A stretch of 64,000 bases of DNA from Laetmonice hystrix (GCA_965235115.1 OZ249436.1:4652001-4716000), one strand, 5' to 3'. Shown: positions 51,401 through 64,000, counted from the stretch's first letter. Made by a program: numbers and translations. Notes: a model not told the origin generated them from the letters alone.

Positions 51401-54400
51401 CGGTATCAGGTAAGCTGTGGATGACAGGTTCACCTATGAGAAGTACAGTGTGGGATCAGTGAGCTGTGGATGACAGGTTCACCTATGAGAAGTACAGTGT
51501 GGGATCAGGTGAGCTGTGGATGACAGGTTCACCTATGAGAACAGTGCTGGATCAGGTAAGCTGTGGATGACAGGTTCACCTATGAGAAGTACAGTGTGGT
51601 ATCAGGTGAGCTGTGGATGACAGGTTCACCTATGAGAAGTACAGTGTGGGATCAGGTGAGCTGTGGATGACAGGTTCACCTATGAGAACAGTGTGGGATC
51701 AGGTGAGCTGTGGATGACAGGTTCACCTATGAGAAGTACAGTGTGGGATCAGGTGAGCTGTGGATGACAGGTTCACCTATGAGAACAGTGTGTGATCAGG
51801 TGAGCTGTGGATGACAGGTTCACCTATGAGAAGTACAGTGTGTGATCAGGTGAGCTGTGGATGACAGGTTCACCTATGAGAACAGTGTGGGATCAGGTGA
51901 GCTGTGGATGACAGGTTCACCTATGAGAAGTACAGTGTGGGATCAGGTGAGCTGTGGATGACAGGTTCACCTATGAGAACAGTGTGGGATCAGGTGAGCT
52001 GTGGATGACAGGTTCACCTATGAGAACAGTGTGGGATCAGGTGAGCTGTGGATGACAGGTTCACCTATGAGAACAGTGTGTGATCAGGTGAGCTGTGGAT
52101 GACAGGTTCACCTATGAGAACAGTGTGGGATCAGGTGAGCTGTGGATGACAGGTTCACCTATGAGAACAGTGTGGGATCAGGTAAGCTGTGGATGACAGG
52201 TTCACCTATGAGAAGTACAGTGTGGGATCAGGTGAGCTGTGGATGACAGGTTCACCTATGAGAAGTACAGTGTGGGATCAGGTGAGCTGTGGATGACAGG
52301 TTCACCTATGAGAAGTACAGTGTGGGATCAGGTGAGCTGTGGATGACAGGTTCACCTATGAGAACAGTGTGTGATCAGGTGAGCTGTGGATGACAGGTTC
52401 ACCTATGAGAACAGTGTGGGATCAGGTGAGCTGTGGATGACAGGTTCACCTATGAGAAGTACAGTGTGGGATCAGTGAGCTGTGGATGACAGGTTCACCT
52501 ATGAGAAGTACAGTGTGGGATCAGGTGAGCTGTGGATGACAGGTTCACCTATGAGAACAGTGTGGGATCAGGTGAGCTGTGGATGACAGGTTCACCTATG
52601 AGAACAGTGTGGGATCAGGTGAGCTGTGGATGACAGGTTCACCTATGAGAAGTACAGTGTGGGATCAGGTGAGCTGTGGATGACAGGTTCACCTATGAGA
52701 AGTACAGTGTGGGATCAGGTGAGCTGTGGATGACAGGTTCACCTATGAGAAGTACAGTGTGGGATCAGGTGAGCTGTGGATGACAGGTTCACCTATGAGA
52801 ACAGTGTGGGATCAGGTGAGCTGTGGATGACAGGTTCACCTATGAGAAGTACAGTGTGGGATCAGGTAAGCTGTGGATGACAGGTTCACCTATGAGAACA
52901 GTGTGTGATCAGGTGAGCTGTGGATGACAGGTTCACCTATGAGAACAGTGTGTGATCAGGTGAGCTGTGGATGACAGGTTCACCTATGAGAACAGTGTGT
53001 GATCAGGTGAGCTGTGGATGACAGGTTCACCTATGAGAACAGTGTGGGATCAGGTGAGCTGTGGATGACAGGTTCACCTATGAGAACAGTGTGGGATCAG
53101 GTGAGCTGTGGATGACAGGTTCACCTATGAGAACAGTGTGTGATCAGGTGAGCTGTGGATGACAGGTTCACCTATGAGAAGTACAGTGTGGGATCAGGTG
53201 AGCTGTGGATGACAGGTTCACCTATGAGAAGTACAGTGTGGGATCAGGTGAGCTGTGGATGACAGGTTCACCTATGAGAAGTACAGTGTGGGATCAGGTA
53301 AGCTGTGGATGACAGGTTCACCTATGAGAACAGTGTGTGATCAGGTGAGCTGTGGATGACAGGTTCACCTATGAGAAGTACAGTGTGGGATCAGGTAAGC
53401 TGTGGATGACAGGTTCACCTATGAGAACAGTGTGTGATCAGGTGAGCTGTGGATGACAGGTTCACCTATGAGAAGTACAGTGTGTGATCAGGTGAGCTGT
53501 GGATGACAGGTTCACCTATGAGAACAGTGTGGGATCAGGTGAGCTGTGGATGACAGGTTCACCTATGAGAAGTACAGTGCGGTATCAGGTAAGCTGTGGA
53601 TGACAGGTTCACCTATGAGAAGTACAGTGTGGGATCAGTGAGCTGTGGATGACAGGTTCACCTATGAGAAGTACAGTGTGGGATCAGGTGAGCTGTGGAT
53701 GACAGGTTCACCTATGAGAACAGTGTGGGATCAGGTGAGCTGTGGATGACAGGTTCACCTATGAGAAGTACAGTGCGGTATCAGGTAAGCTGTGGATGAC
53801 AGGTTCACCTATGAGAACAGTGTGGGATCAGGTGAGCTGTGGATGACAGGTTCACCTATGAGAAGTACAGTGTGGGATCAAGTAAGCTGTGGATGACAGG
53901 TTCACCTATGAGAACAGTGTGTGATCAGGTGAGCTGTGGATGACAGGTTCACCTATGAGAACAGTGTGTGATCAGGTGAGCTGTGGATGACAGGTTCACC
54001 TATGAGAACAGTGTGTGATCAGGTGAGCTGTGGATGACAGGTTCACCTATGAGAACAGTGTGGGATCAGGTGAGCTGTGGATGACAGGTTCACCTATGAG
54101 AACAGTGTGGGATCAGGTGAGCTGTGGATGACAGGTTCACCTATGAGAACAGTGTGTGATCAGGTGAGCTGTGGATGACAGGTTCACCTATGAGAAGTAC
54201 AGTGTGGGATCAGGTGAGCTGTGGATGACAGGTTCACCTATGAGAAGTACAGTGTGGGATCAGGTGAGCTGTGGATGACAGGTTCACCTATGAGAAGTAC
54301 AGTGTGGGATCAGGTAAGCTGTGGATGACAGGTTCACCTATGAGAACAGTGTGTGATCAGGTGAGCTGTGGATGACAGGTTCACCTATGAGAAGTACAGT

Positions 54401-57280
54401 GTGGGATCAGGTAAGCTGTGGATGACAGGTTCACCTATGAGAACAGTGTGTGATCAGGTGAGCTGTGGATGACAGGTTCACCTATGAGAAGTACAGTGTG
54501 TGATCAGGTGAGCTGTGGATGACAGGTTCACCTATGAGAACAGTGTGGGATCAGGTGAGCTGTGGATGACAGGTTCACCTATGAGAAGTACAGTGCGGTA
54601 TCAGGTAAGCTGTGGATGACAGGTTCACCTATGAGAAGTACAGTGTGGGATCAGTGAGCTGTGGATGACAGGTTCACCTATGAGAAGTACAGTGTGGGAT
54701 CAGGTGAGCTGTGGATGACAGGTTCACCTATGAGAACAGTGTGGGATCAGGTGAGCTGTGGATGACAGGTTCACCTATGAGAAGTACAGTGCGGTATCAG
54801 GTAAGCTGTGGATGACAGGTTCACCTATGAGAAGTACAGTGTGGGATCAGTGAGCTGTGGATGACAGGTTCACCTATGAGAAGTACAGTGTGGGATCAGG
54901 TGAGCTGTGGATGACAGGTTCACCTATGAGAACAGTGCTGGATCAGGTAAGCTGTGGATGACAGGTTCACCTATGAGAAGTACAGTGTGGTATCAGGTGA
55001 GCTGTGGATGACAGGTTCACCTATGAGAAGTACAGTGTGGGATCAGGTGAGCTGTGGATGACAGGTTCACCTATGAGAACAGTGTGGGATCAGGTGAGCT
55101 GTGGATGACAGGTTCACCTATGAGAAGTACAGTGTGGGATCAGGTGAGCTGTGGATGACAGGTTCACCTATGAGAACAGTGTGTGATCAGGTGAGCTGTG
55201 GATGACAGGTTCACCTATGAGAAGTACAGTGTGTGATCAGGTGAGCTGTGGATGACAGGTTCACCTATGAGAACAGTGTGGGATCAGGTGAGCTGTGGAT
55301 GACAGGTTCACCTATGAGAAGTACAGTGTGGGATCAGGTGAGCTGTGGATGACAGGTTCACCTATGAGAACAGTGTGGGATCAGGTGAGCTGTGGATGAC
55401 AGGTTCACCTATGAGAACAGTGTGGGATCAGGTGAGCTGTGGATGACAGGTTCACCTATGAGAACAGTGTGTGATCAGGTGAGCTGTGGATGACAGGTTC
55501 ACCTATGAGAACAGTGTGGGATCAGGTGAGCTGTGGATGACAGGTTCACCTATGAGAACAGTGTGGGATCAGGTAAGCTGTGGATGACAGGTTCACCTAT
55601 GAGAAGTACAGTGTGGGATCAGGTGAGCTGTGGATGACAGGTTCACCTATGAGAAGTACAGTGTGGGATCAGGTGAGCTGTGGATGACAGGTTCACCTAT
55701 GAGAAGTACAGTGTGGGATCAGGTGAGCTGTGGATGACAGGTTCACCTATGAGAACAGTGTGTGATCAGGTGAGCTGTGGATGACAGGTTCACCTATGAG
55801 AACAGTGTGGGATCAGGTGAGCTGTGGATGACAGGTTCACCTATGAGAAGTACAGTGTGGGATCAGTGAGCTGTGGATGACAGGTTCACCTATGAGAAGT
55901 ACAGTGTGGGATCAGGTGAGCTGTGGATGACAGGTTCACCTATGAGAACAGTGTGGGATCAGGTGAGCTGTGGATGACAGGTTCACCTATGAGAACAGTG
56001 TGGGATCAGGTGAGCTGTGGATGACAGGTTCACCTATGAGAAGTACAGTGTGGGATCAGGTGAGCTGTGGATGACAGGTTCACCTATGAGAAGTACAGTG
56101 TGGGATCAGGTGAGCTGTGGATGACAGGTTCACCTATGAGAACAGTGTGGGATCAGGTGAGCTGTGGATGACAGGTTCACCTATGAGAACAGTGTGGGAT
56201 CAGGTGAGCTGTGGATGACAGGTTCACCTATGAGAACAGTGTGTGATCAGGTGAGCTGTGGATGACAGGTTCACCTATGAGAACAGTGTGTGATCAGGTG
56301 AGCTGTGGATGACAGGTTCACCTATGAGAACAGTGTGGGATCAGGTGAGCTGTGGATGACAGGTTCACCTATGAGAAGTACAGTGTGGGATCAGGTGAGC
56401 TGTGGATGACAGGTTCACCTATGAGAAGTACAGTGTGTGATCAGGTGAGCTGTGGATGACAGGTTCACCTATGAGAACAGTGCTGGATCAGGTGAGCTGT
56501 GGATGACAGGTTCACCTATGAGAACAGTGTGGGATCAGGTGAGCTGTGGATGACAGGTTCACCTATGAGAAGTACAGTGTGTGATCAGGTGAGCTGTGGA
56601 TGACAGGTTCACCTATGAGAACAGTGTGTGATCAGGTGAGCTGTGGATGACAGGTTCACCTATGAGAACAGTGTGTGATCAGGTGAGCTGTGGATGACAG
56701 GTTCACCTATGAGAACAGTGTGGGATCAGGTGAGCTGTGGATGACAGGTTCACCTATGAGAACAGTGTGGTATCAGTGAGCTGTGGATGACAGGTTCACC
56801 TATGAGAAGTACAGTGTGGGATCAGGTGAGCTGTGGATGACAGGTTCACCTATGAGAACAGTGTGGGATCAGGTAAGCTGTGGATGACAGGTTCACCTAT
56901 GAGAACAGTGTGGGATCAGGTGAGCTGTGGATGACAGGTTCACCTATGAGAAGTACAGTGTGGGATCAGTGAGCTGTGGATGACAGGTTCACCTATGAGA
57001 AGTACAGTGTGGGATCAGGTGAGCTGTGGATGACAGGTTCACCTATGAGAACAGTGTGGGATCAGGTAAGCTGTGGATGACAGGTTCACCTATGAGAACA
57101 GTGTGGGATCAGGTGAGCTGTGGATGACAGGTTCACCTATGAGAAGTACAGTGTGGGATCAGTGAGCTGTGGATGACAGGTTCACCTATGAGAAGTACAG
57201 TGTGGGATCAGGTGAGCTGTGGATGACAGGTTCACCTATGAGAAGTACAGTGTGTGGTCAGGTGAGCTGTGGATGACAGG
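45441..57280 (+). repeat. 11.8-kb satellite of 47/50-bp monomers (~245 copies) with higher-order structure
   Basis: Unit acaggttcacctatgagaa(gta)cagtgtgggatcaggtgagctgtggatg; period 47 (45486 to 45533). Confidence 0.98.
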
Positions 57281-57321
57281 CAGTGAAATAGAGCAGGTGT
57301 CCCAATTTTATTATACCCCCC

Positions 57322-57437
57322 ATTCAGGTTACCCCCCCCCCCTCCCGGTACGTTGAAGTTGGCCTAACTAACTTAAACATACCCCCCGGTATGATGAAGT
57401 TAGTTTCAAAGTACCGGGGGGGGGGGGGTAATCTGAA
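57322..57437. mobile_element. MITE-like inverted-repeat fragment with poly-C/poly-G arms
   Basis: ttcaggttaccccc..ccggtac / gtaccggggg..gtaatctgaa. Confidence 0.55.
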
Positions 57438-57983
57438 GTTAATTTCAACATACCCCCTCCAGTTTCAGATTCCCCCCTTAATTTATTCAACTGAATTTTT
57501 TGGTCACATCCGCTTCTGCTGGCTGCCGAATATCGCAGACGCATACATGAGCGAACGAGAATTTCGTTGAGGGATTTCCCACCTTGGTCTGTGAATTTAG
57601 AAAATTGCACGGATGTAGTAACAGACATTGTCTCCATGCAGAAGAAATCCCTTGCGTCTTTTTCTACATTATCAAACTGAATTACTCGGCGGAGACGGAT
57701 GCGGAAATTATACCATTAAAGTGCCCCCTGATATGTACCATCCCATAATACCTTATCGATTATTCATTACTGCTGTATATGGGTCAGTAATGGACCCTCA
57801 CATCCTCCGGGTGGCGCTGCCGACAACAAGGGTATCTCCATCAACTGTAGACCTCTAATTTCATTCATGTCTGGCAGGCTCTTATGTTTACCACAATAAG
57901 GACGGTGCTACCATAGAGGTTGAGAAGACAAGTTCCTTTAAAAGAGAAGCCTATAAAACATAAGAAAAGGATCCACCGGCTTG

Positions 57984-59622
57984 TCATCTCTTGTCTACAG
58001 TGTCGGCACTTGCCATATCTTGTATACAGTGTCGGTACTTGCCATATATTGTATACAGTGTCGGTACTTGCCATCTCTTGTACAGTGTCGGTGCTTGCTA
58101 TATCTTGTATACAGTGTCGGTACTTGCCATGTCTTGTATACAGTGTCGGTGCTTGCCATATCTTGTATACAGTGTCGGTGCTTGCTATATCTTGTATACA
58201 GTGTCGGCACTTGTCATATCTTGTATACAGTGTCGGTGCTTGCCATATCTTGTACAGTGTCGGTGCTTGCTATATCTTGTATACAGTGTCGGTACTTGCC
58301 ATATCTTGTATACAGTGTCGGCACTTGCCATATCTTGTATACAGTGTCGGTGCTTGTCATATCTTGTATACAGTGTCGGCACTTGCCATGTCTTGTATAC
58401 AGTGTCGGTGCTTGCCATATCTTGTACAGTGTCGGTGCTTGCTATATCTTGTATACAGTGTCGGCACTTGCCATATCTTGTATACAGTGTCGGCACTTGC
58501 CATATCTTGTATACAGTGTCGGTGCTTGTCATATCTTGTATACAGTGTCGGCACTTGCCATATCTTGTATACAGTGTCGGTGCTTGCCATATCTTGTATA
58601 CAGTGTCGGTACTTGCTATATCTTGTATACAGTGTCGGTGCTTGCTATATCTTGTATACAGTGTCGGTACTTGCTATATCTTGTATACAGTGTCGGTACT
58701 TGCTATATCTTGTATACAGTGTCGGTGCTTGCCATATCTTGTATACAGTGTCGGTGCTTGCTATATCTTGTATACAGTGTCGGTGCTTGCTATATCTTGT
58801 ATACAGTGTCGGTGCTTGCCATATCTTGTATACAGTGTCGGTGCTTGCCATATCTTGTATACAGTGTCGGTGCTTGCCATATCTTGTATACAGTGTCGGT
58901 ACTTGCTATATCTTGTATACAGTGTCGGTACTTGCTATATCTTGTATACAGTGTCGGTACTTGCCATCTCTTGTATACAGTGTCGGTGCTTGCTATATCT
59001 TGTATACAGTGTCGGTGCTTGCTATATCTTGTATACAGTGTCGGTGCTTGCTATATCTTGTATACAGTGTCGGTGCTTGCTATATCTTGTATACAGTGTC
59101 GGTACTTGCCATCTCTGTACAGTGTCGGTGCTTGCTATATCTTGTATACAGTGTCGGTGCTTGCTATATCTTGTATACAGTGTCGGTGCTTGCTATATCT
59201 TGTATACAGTGTCGGTGCTTGTCATATCTTGTATACAGTGTCGGTGCTTGCCATATCTTGTATACAGTGTCGGTGCTTGTCATATCTTGTATACAGTGTC
59301 GGTGCTTGTCATATCTTGTATACAGTGTCGGTGCTTGCCATATCTTGTATACAGTGTCGGTACTTGCTATATCTTGTATACAGTGTCGGCACTTGCATAT
59401 CTTGTATACAGTGTCGGTACTTGCCATCTCTGTACAGTGTCGGTGCTTGCTATATCTTGTATACAGTGTCGGTGCTTGTCATATCTTGTATACAGTGTCG
59501 GTGCTTGCCATATCTTGTATACAGTGTCGGTACTTGTCATATCTTGTATACAGTGTCGGTGCTTGCCATCTCTTGTACTGTGTCGGTGATTAATTGCCAT
59601 GTCTTGTACTCTGCATGTGTCG
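57984..59622 (+). repeat. 29-bp minisatellite, ~55 copies
   Basis: Unit tcttgtatacagtgtcggtgcttgccata, with variants. Confidence 0.97.
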
Positions 59623-60893
59623 GTAGAGTCTACCGTAGCCGGAAGAATAATCCTGTGTAAATATCTCTAAACCAGTTCTAGGCCTATTTGTAAACTTTTC
59701 CTTTCAAAGATTTCAGGTTGTTGGTCGAAATCTTTTGTGCTTATTTCAGTTATTCATCCCTTGACATCAGAGTGTCCAACTGTCCAACTCCTAAAATACA
59801 CACGTATTCTGCGCATGTGCCAGGCAGTCACTGGTGCCAGTCCATTATCGCTCACTCATTGACTTTGGTTTGGGTCAACCGAGGCCCCAATAAAAACGGC
59901 CCATTAGAAACACTAAACCACAACAATTAATTTTAGAATCTATCCAGTCCTAATTTTACAGTAATCCTCGATCTATAAAAGTAGGCTATGCATTCACATC
60001 TGTTACGTGATCTTTTCAAGATTTACCAAAAACTGTCAGATTACGAGGGTACGAAATTGTAACGTCACAAACTTTGCCGATCTCCGGCGATGATAGTGCT
60101 CGGACCTTGGTAAACAATTCTAAGTGACCTGTGACATTGTTTTATTCAATATTGTATCCCCTTATGTCACGTTTCGACGTCCTTCCTTGTGCATTTTAGG
60201 AGCTAGTCCCCGCGAAAACCTACCTCTTTCTGTTCAAGAAAGGTTGGCAGGTATGTAAGGCCCAATAGGCCTACTACACCATGTTTTAACAAATAAGTCA
60301 TTGACGATAGTCGTTATATTAGAAGCAATTTAATGTTGTAAGTTTTATTTGTTGTTATGATCTTGTTAACTTTATATGAATGTTAGGGGGCGAAGGGCAA
60401 ATAACAAAGTGTATTCTTTAACCCCCTTGCCGTGTCGTCAATTAACGTGCTAACTGGCATTGTCTCCACGCACCATGGAGAGCTATATGCCTACGTAAAA
60501 CTGCGGAACAGACTCAGGTAGCTAGGCCGAAAAGTGTCTCTTTCTCGACACCAAGACAGATGGTTCCCTTGAGTGACCTCCAAACAGGACGGTGAGATCG
60601 ATCACGTAACAGTGGATGTTCACGCCGGAAGACATTGACAGGACACCTTTCCTGACACACACACGCCCTTTATCAGGACATGTAGATCCACATCCGGGCC
60701 ACTCGCGTCCATGATACCACCGGAAGCTTTCATCGCGAAACAGATAATAGTTATTGTACGCAGGCCAATGTGTCAGAATCAGATACGACTCTTTGACGTC
60801 ACAGATCCGACCGCAATTAAATAGCGCATCACAATAGTCAGGAAGACAGCTCTCTGTATCCACTATAAAGGTGAGATATAAGTTTTGCCTTTA

Positions 60894-61319
60894 GCTGAGT
60901 TTCCATTAACGCGGCTGCGGCCCGGCTGCGGTCCGGGCACGGGTACGGCTGATATCGCACGTCGTTGTTTTTAATGTAAGTGTTTCCATTAATGCGATCT
61001 CCGTACGACGCCCGTCCGGACGTCGCATGCGGCTCTTCCCGATCGCGTCATGGAGCGATTCGAGCACAGCCGCAGATGAGCCGCATGAGGGATCCCCTTG
61101 ATCCTAGGTAGTCCCGTGCATGTTTTTCACTCAAAAAATGGATGACACCATGCCTCACGTGGTCAGCAAGCACTATATAGAAAAACTTATCGAAAAACTA
61201 ATCGATTCGGCAGGTGTATGGCCTATGACCTTATACCAACAACATTGAGACGCAGCCGGGACGCACCTTTAAAAACAACGACGTGCCATATCAACCGTAC
61301 CCGTGCCCGCACCGGAGCC
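60894..61319. mobile_element. PIF/Harbinger-like MITE, right TIR truncated
   Basis: Starts TTA-gctgagtttccatt. ~40-bp arms cgggcacgggtacggctgatatcgcacgtcgttgtttttaa / ttaaaaacaacgacgtgccatatcaaccgtacccgtgcccg. Confidence 0.7.
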
Positions 61320-61338
61320 TCTAACGGGGGAGGGGGGG

Positions 61339-61470
61339 CTACATACAGGATTTTGTAACTGGGGAGTTACATACAGAATTTTACTACTTGAGTGGTTACA
61401 TACAGGATTTTGCAACTTGGGGGGCGGGGCTATATAGGCCTACAGGATTTTGCAACTGGGGGGCTACATA
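61339..61470 (+). repeat. Degenerate ~30-45-bp tandem repeat, ~4 copies
   Basis: Recurring tacatacaggattttg(t/c)aact.ggg. Confidence 0.7.
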
Positions 61471-61706
61471 TCCAGTAGCCTACTTTGCAGTGGGGGGGCG
61501 GGACTTGATGTACCCCTTAATTGAGGCCTACAAAACGTCTTACTCTTAGGTGCGCCGTAGACACACTGCAAAATGATAATCTAACCCTGGAGTGGAGTCA
61601 GTTGAGTCAGTCAGGACCTGACCACCCCCCCCCCCGACCCGCCATTGGAATAGGGATACTGGATAGATATGCCTATAGGCCCGCCCCTATTCATATTGGC
61701 TATTAA

Positions 61707-62234
61707 AGGGGCATATTATGAGAAAACGTGAAAAATCGGTATTTCAAAGAACTTTTGCTGTTTTCATAAAGAGATCCTTCATTAAAATTGATTGGTAAAC
61801 AAAGACAGACTTATCAGTTTCATTTTGCATGAGAAATCGAAGTTTATGAAGCTCCCATGCCTGCTTCTCTGCCGATTTCGTAAAATATTCTTTGGGTGGT
61901 ATTTTGATGCCGGACGATCAAGTGCAACTGCTGAATTGTTTACAACTAAGCAAAGCACGTGACTAGGCACATGCAGAGTGTGCACACACAGGATGTGACA
62001 CAGTATGCAATTACACGGGTTGATGGGAGGTTGTCCGCCAAATTATAGCGGGAGATGTGCTATCGGGAGAAATCTATAGGTTTGGTCGTATAGAACCTAC
62101 TTGTGCTGCATACACAGCGAAAACACGTCCGAGGACAAAATGCTGTGGTAGGATTATTTACTTGGATCCCTAGTACACGGTCATGTTGGATAATTGCTAA
62201 AAATCCTCAAAAACGTGTTTCATAGCATGCCCCT
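61707..62234 (-). mobile_element. Kolobok-like element, family B (copy 3, complete, 528 bp)
   Basis: TTAA-AGGGGCAT...ATGCCCCT-TTAA. Confidence 0.9.
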
Positions 62235-62968
62235 TTAAACAAAACAAACTCTCGACTCCTTTATTTGGCCTACAAACGCAACCCGAGAGGTCGGGATGCA
62301 GGTGACGGGCGTCCCCCGGGACACAGTTGAGAGAACGTCGCGAAGGGCCACACCTGATCGACCCGGGTGGACGATAAAGGACCGATTCTTGCCTATGAAA
62401 ATATATACTTTGACGCTCTTGTCGACAAGTACACCATCAGTCGTAGCTTCGAAAATACAAGTTACAATCAATGACTACATGTCGGCCTATACAAACGCCG
62501 AATTACTTTTTAAACAGAGGAATAAAGAGTGGCAAGGACTGGGAGAACAATGCTACCTACCTACCACCTAACTAGTGCAGCTACCTCTCGCCGTTACACC
62601 ACTTCCCGTTTAAAATGCGCGCGCAACATTCATGACGTCATTGACGGGTATTTGACAAGTTTATGACGAGGGAAAAGTGTCAGAAACTCCCTAAATATCA
62701 CGAAGTCTTTGACAACCGACAAACTTGTCACCGTTGAAGATGCATTGACGAGGCTTTGACGAGGCTGGGTTTTCTGTGTAATTCCCTTAAAATGACGTCA
62801 TTTGGGAAACCCCTCGGCATAGGCATCGGAAGATATTAAAAGTTGGGGGGGGGGGGCAAAGGTCCCAAGTTCCAAGATTTATAATGCTATACAATGAAAA
62901 CATGGACCCGTCAAAAATTAGACAAGTTTAGGCTTGTCAATCTGACAGTGTCGAAATCAACAAGTCAA

Positions 62969-63080
62969 CTTGTCATATCCTTGTCAATAACAAGCTTGTC
63001 ATAGCCTTGTCAATAGGCCTAACTAGCTTGTCATATCCTTGTCAATAGGCCTAACTAGCTTGTCATATCCTTGTCAATAA
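62969..63080 (+). repeat. 26-32-bp tandem repeat, 4 copies
   Basis: Core cttgtcata(t/g)ccttgtcaata, followed by ggcctaactag or acaag. Confidence 0.85.
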
Positions 63081-63730
63081 ATGTACAGGTCATTTCCAGG
63101 TCACAGGTCATGTTCCTCCGCCTGAGAACTGTTTCCCGTCGTTAGTTGATCCTCCTGACTTTCACTGCAAGGTGCTTCCTGCCCTTCCATCCACGAACCG
63201 TTTCCTGTCCTTGTCTTGAGTGAGTCCTCCCGACCGTCACTGCCGTAATCCTGCTGGAGTCCTGCATGTCCTGATACAAGTACCAATAACTGTTAAAGTT
63301 ATTAAAATAAGTAACGAAATGATTACCATGAACAAAGATTAACATGTTCAAAACAGGTTTGAAGAGTGAGATATTTAAATACTTTTAAAAGGCAGACTTA
63401 GCTACCCCTCTCGACGGATCGACCTTGTGTCCGTTAAGTGCTGGGAATTGTCAAAATTTGTCATTGGGCTTGACTAGGCTAAACTCGTCATTTTGACAAT
63501 CAGTTGACAACTCAAAGTTTTCAGCGTAGTCATGAGAGCGCCGAAGGCGTGAAGCCTCGAGCCCTGGGGGACCTCTCCCAGAGCCCTGGGGGCCCTCTCC
63601 TCGAGCCCTGGGGGCCCTCTTCCAGACAAATCTGAAAATTAAAGTGCCCCCTGACGGTCTGACCATCTCCTGCCACCTTTAGGCTGGAGGGGGCAGGGGC
63701 AAAACTATATACTTCCTGATAGTTCTGTTG

Positions 63731-63811
63731 GCTGCCGTGTCCACTGTGAAAAACCTACAACCGCGTCCGTAACTGTATCCGTGTCCGCATCCGGACCTGT
63801 GGACACGCAGC
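63731..63811. mobile_element. Short MITE-like inverted repeat
   Basis: gctgccgtgtccac / gtggacacgcagc. Confidence 0.45.
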
Positions 63812-64000
63812 TGGGGATCAGACCAATGGCGACGTTAGTCCTCACCTCGAGCTAACATTTTCGTGATATGTGATTTCCGGACAGGAATGAGGGGAAATAT
63901 CGCAGTAGTCACGCCACGTGAGTATAGCAAGTATAGCAAGTCGTTGTATAAACACGTGTTAGTCTCCGCCTACGGTAAGAGTGGAGCAGAATGAATGACT

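Noticed and set aside
57920..59660. Three overlapping 530-560 aa Cys-rich ORFs
   Set aside because: They translate a 29-bp minisatellite that lacks + strand stops in any frame. The 29-aa period and tolerated frameshifting indels show they are artefacts.
14811..62234. Similar short ORFs at 15062, 44956 and 61782 suggesting a gene family
   Set aside because: They are translations of three copies of Kolobok-like family B, with frameshifts between copies.

Overview
Repeat-rich animal (probably marine invertebrate/lophotrochozoan) genomic window. The only well-supported gene is a three-exon, + strand class A neuropeptide GPCR of the SIFamide/NPFF receptor group: join(33297..33756,36080..36179,37381..38005), 394 aa. 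Exon 2 is missed by the ORF track. About a third of the window is tandem repeat: an 11.8-kb 47/50-bp satellite with higher-order structure, a 2.9-kb 46-bp array about 1 kb upstream of the GPCR start, and more than 12 other minisatellites with 25-180 bp units. The rest is dense in non-autonomous DNA transposons: four TTAA-flanked Kolobok-like families, PIF/Harbinger-like MITEs (one nested inverted inside a copy of itself), and hAT-, MULE- and Tc1/mariner-like MITEs. There is also a 5'-truncated LINE remnant and a degenerate tRNA-SINE head. The long ORFs in the track other than the GPCR exons are minisatellite translation artefacts. I found no evidence for a wholly new coding system. The most interesting signals concern the structure, origin and possible regulatory content of the tandem arrays. 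TE superfamily labels rest on termini and TSDs only, with no database search.
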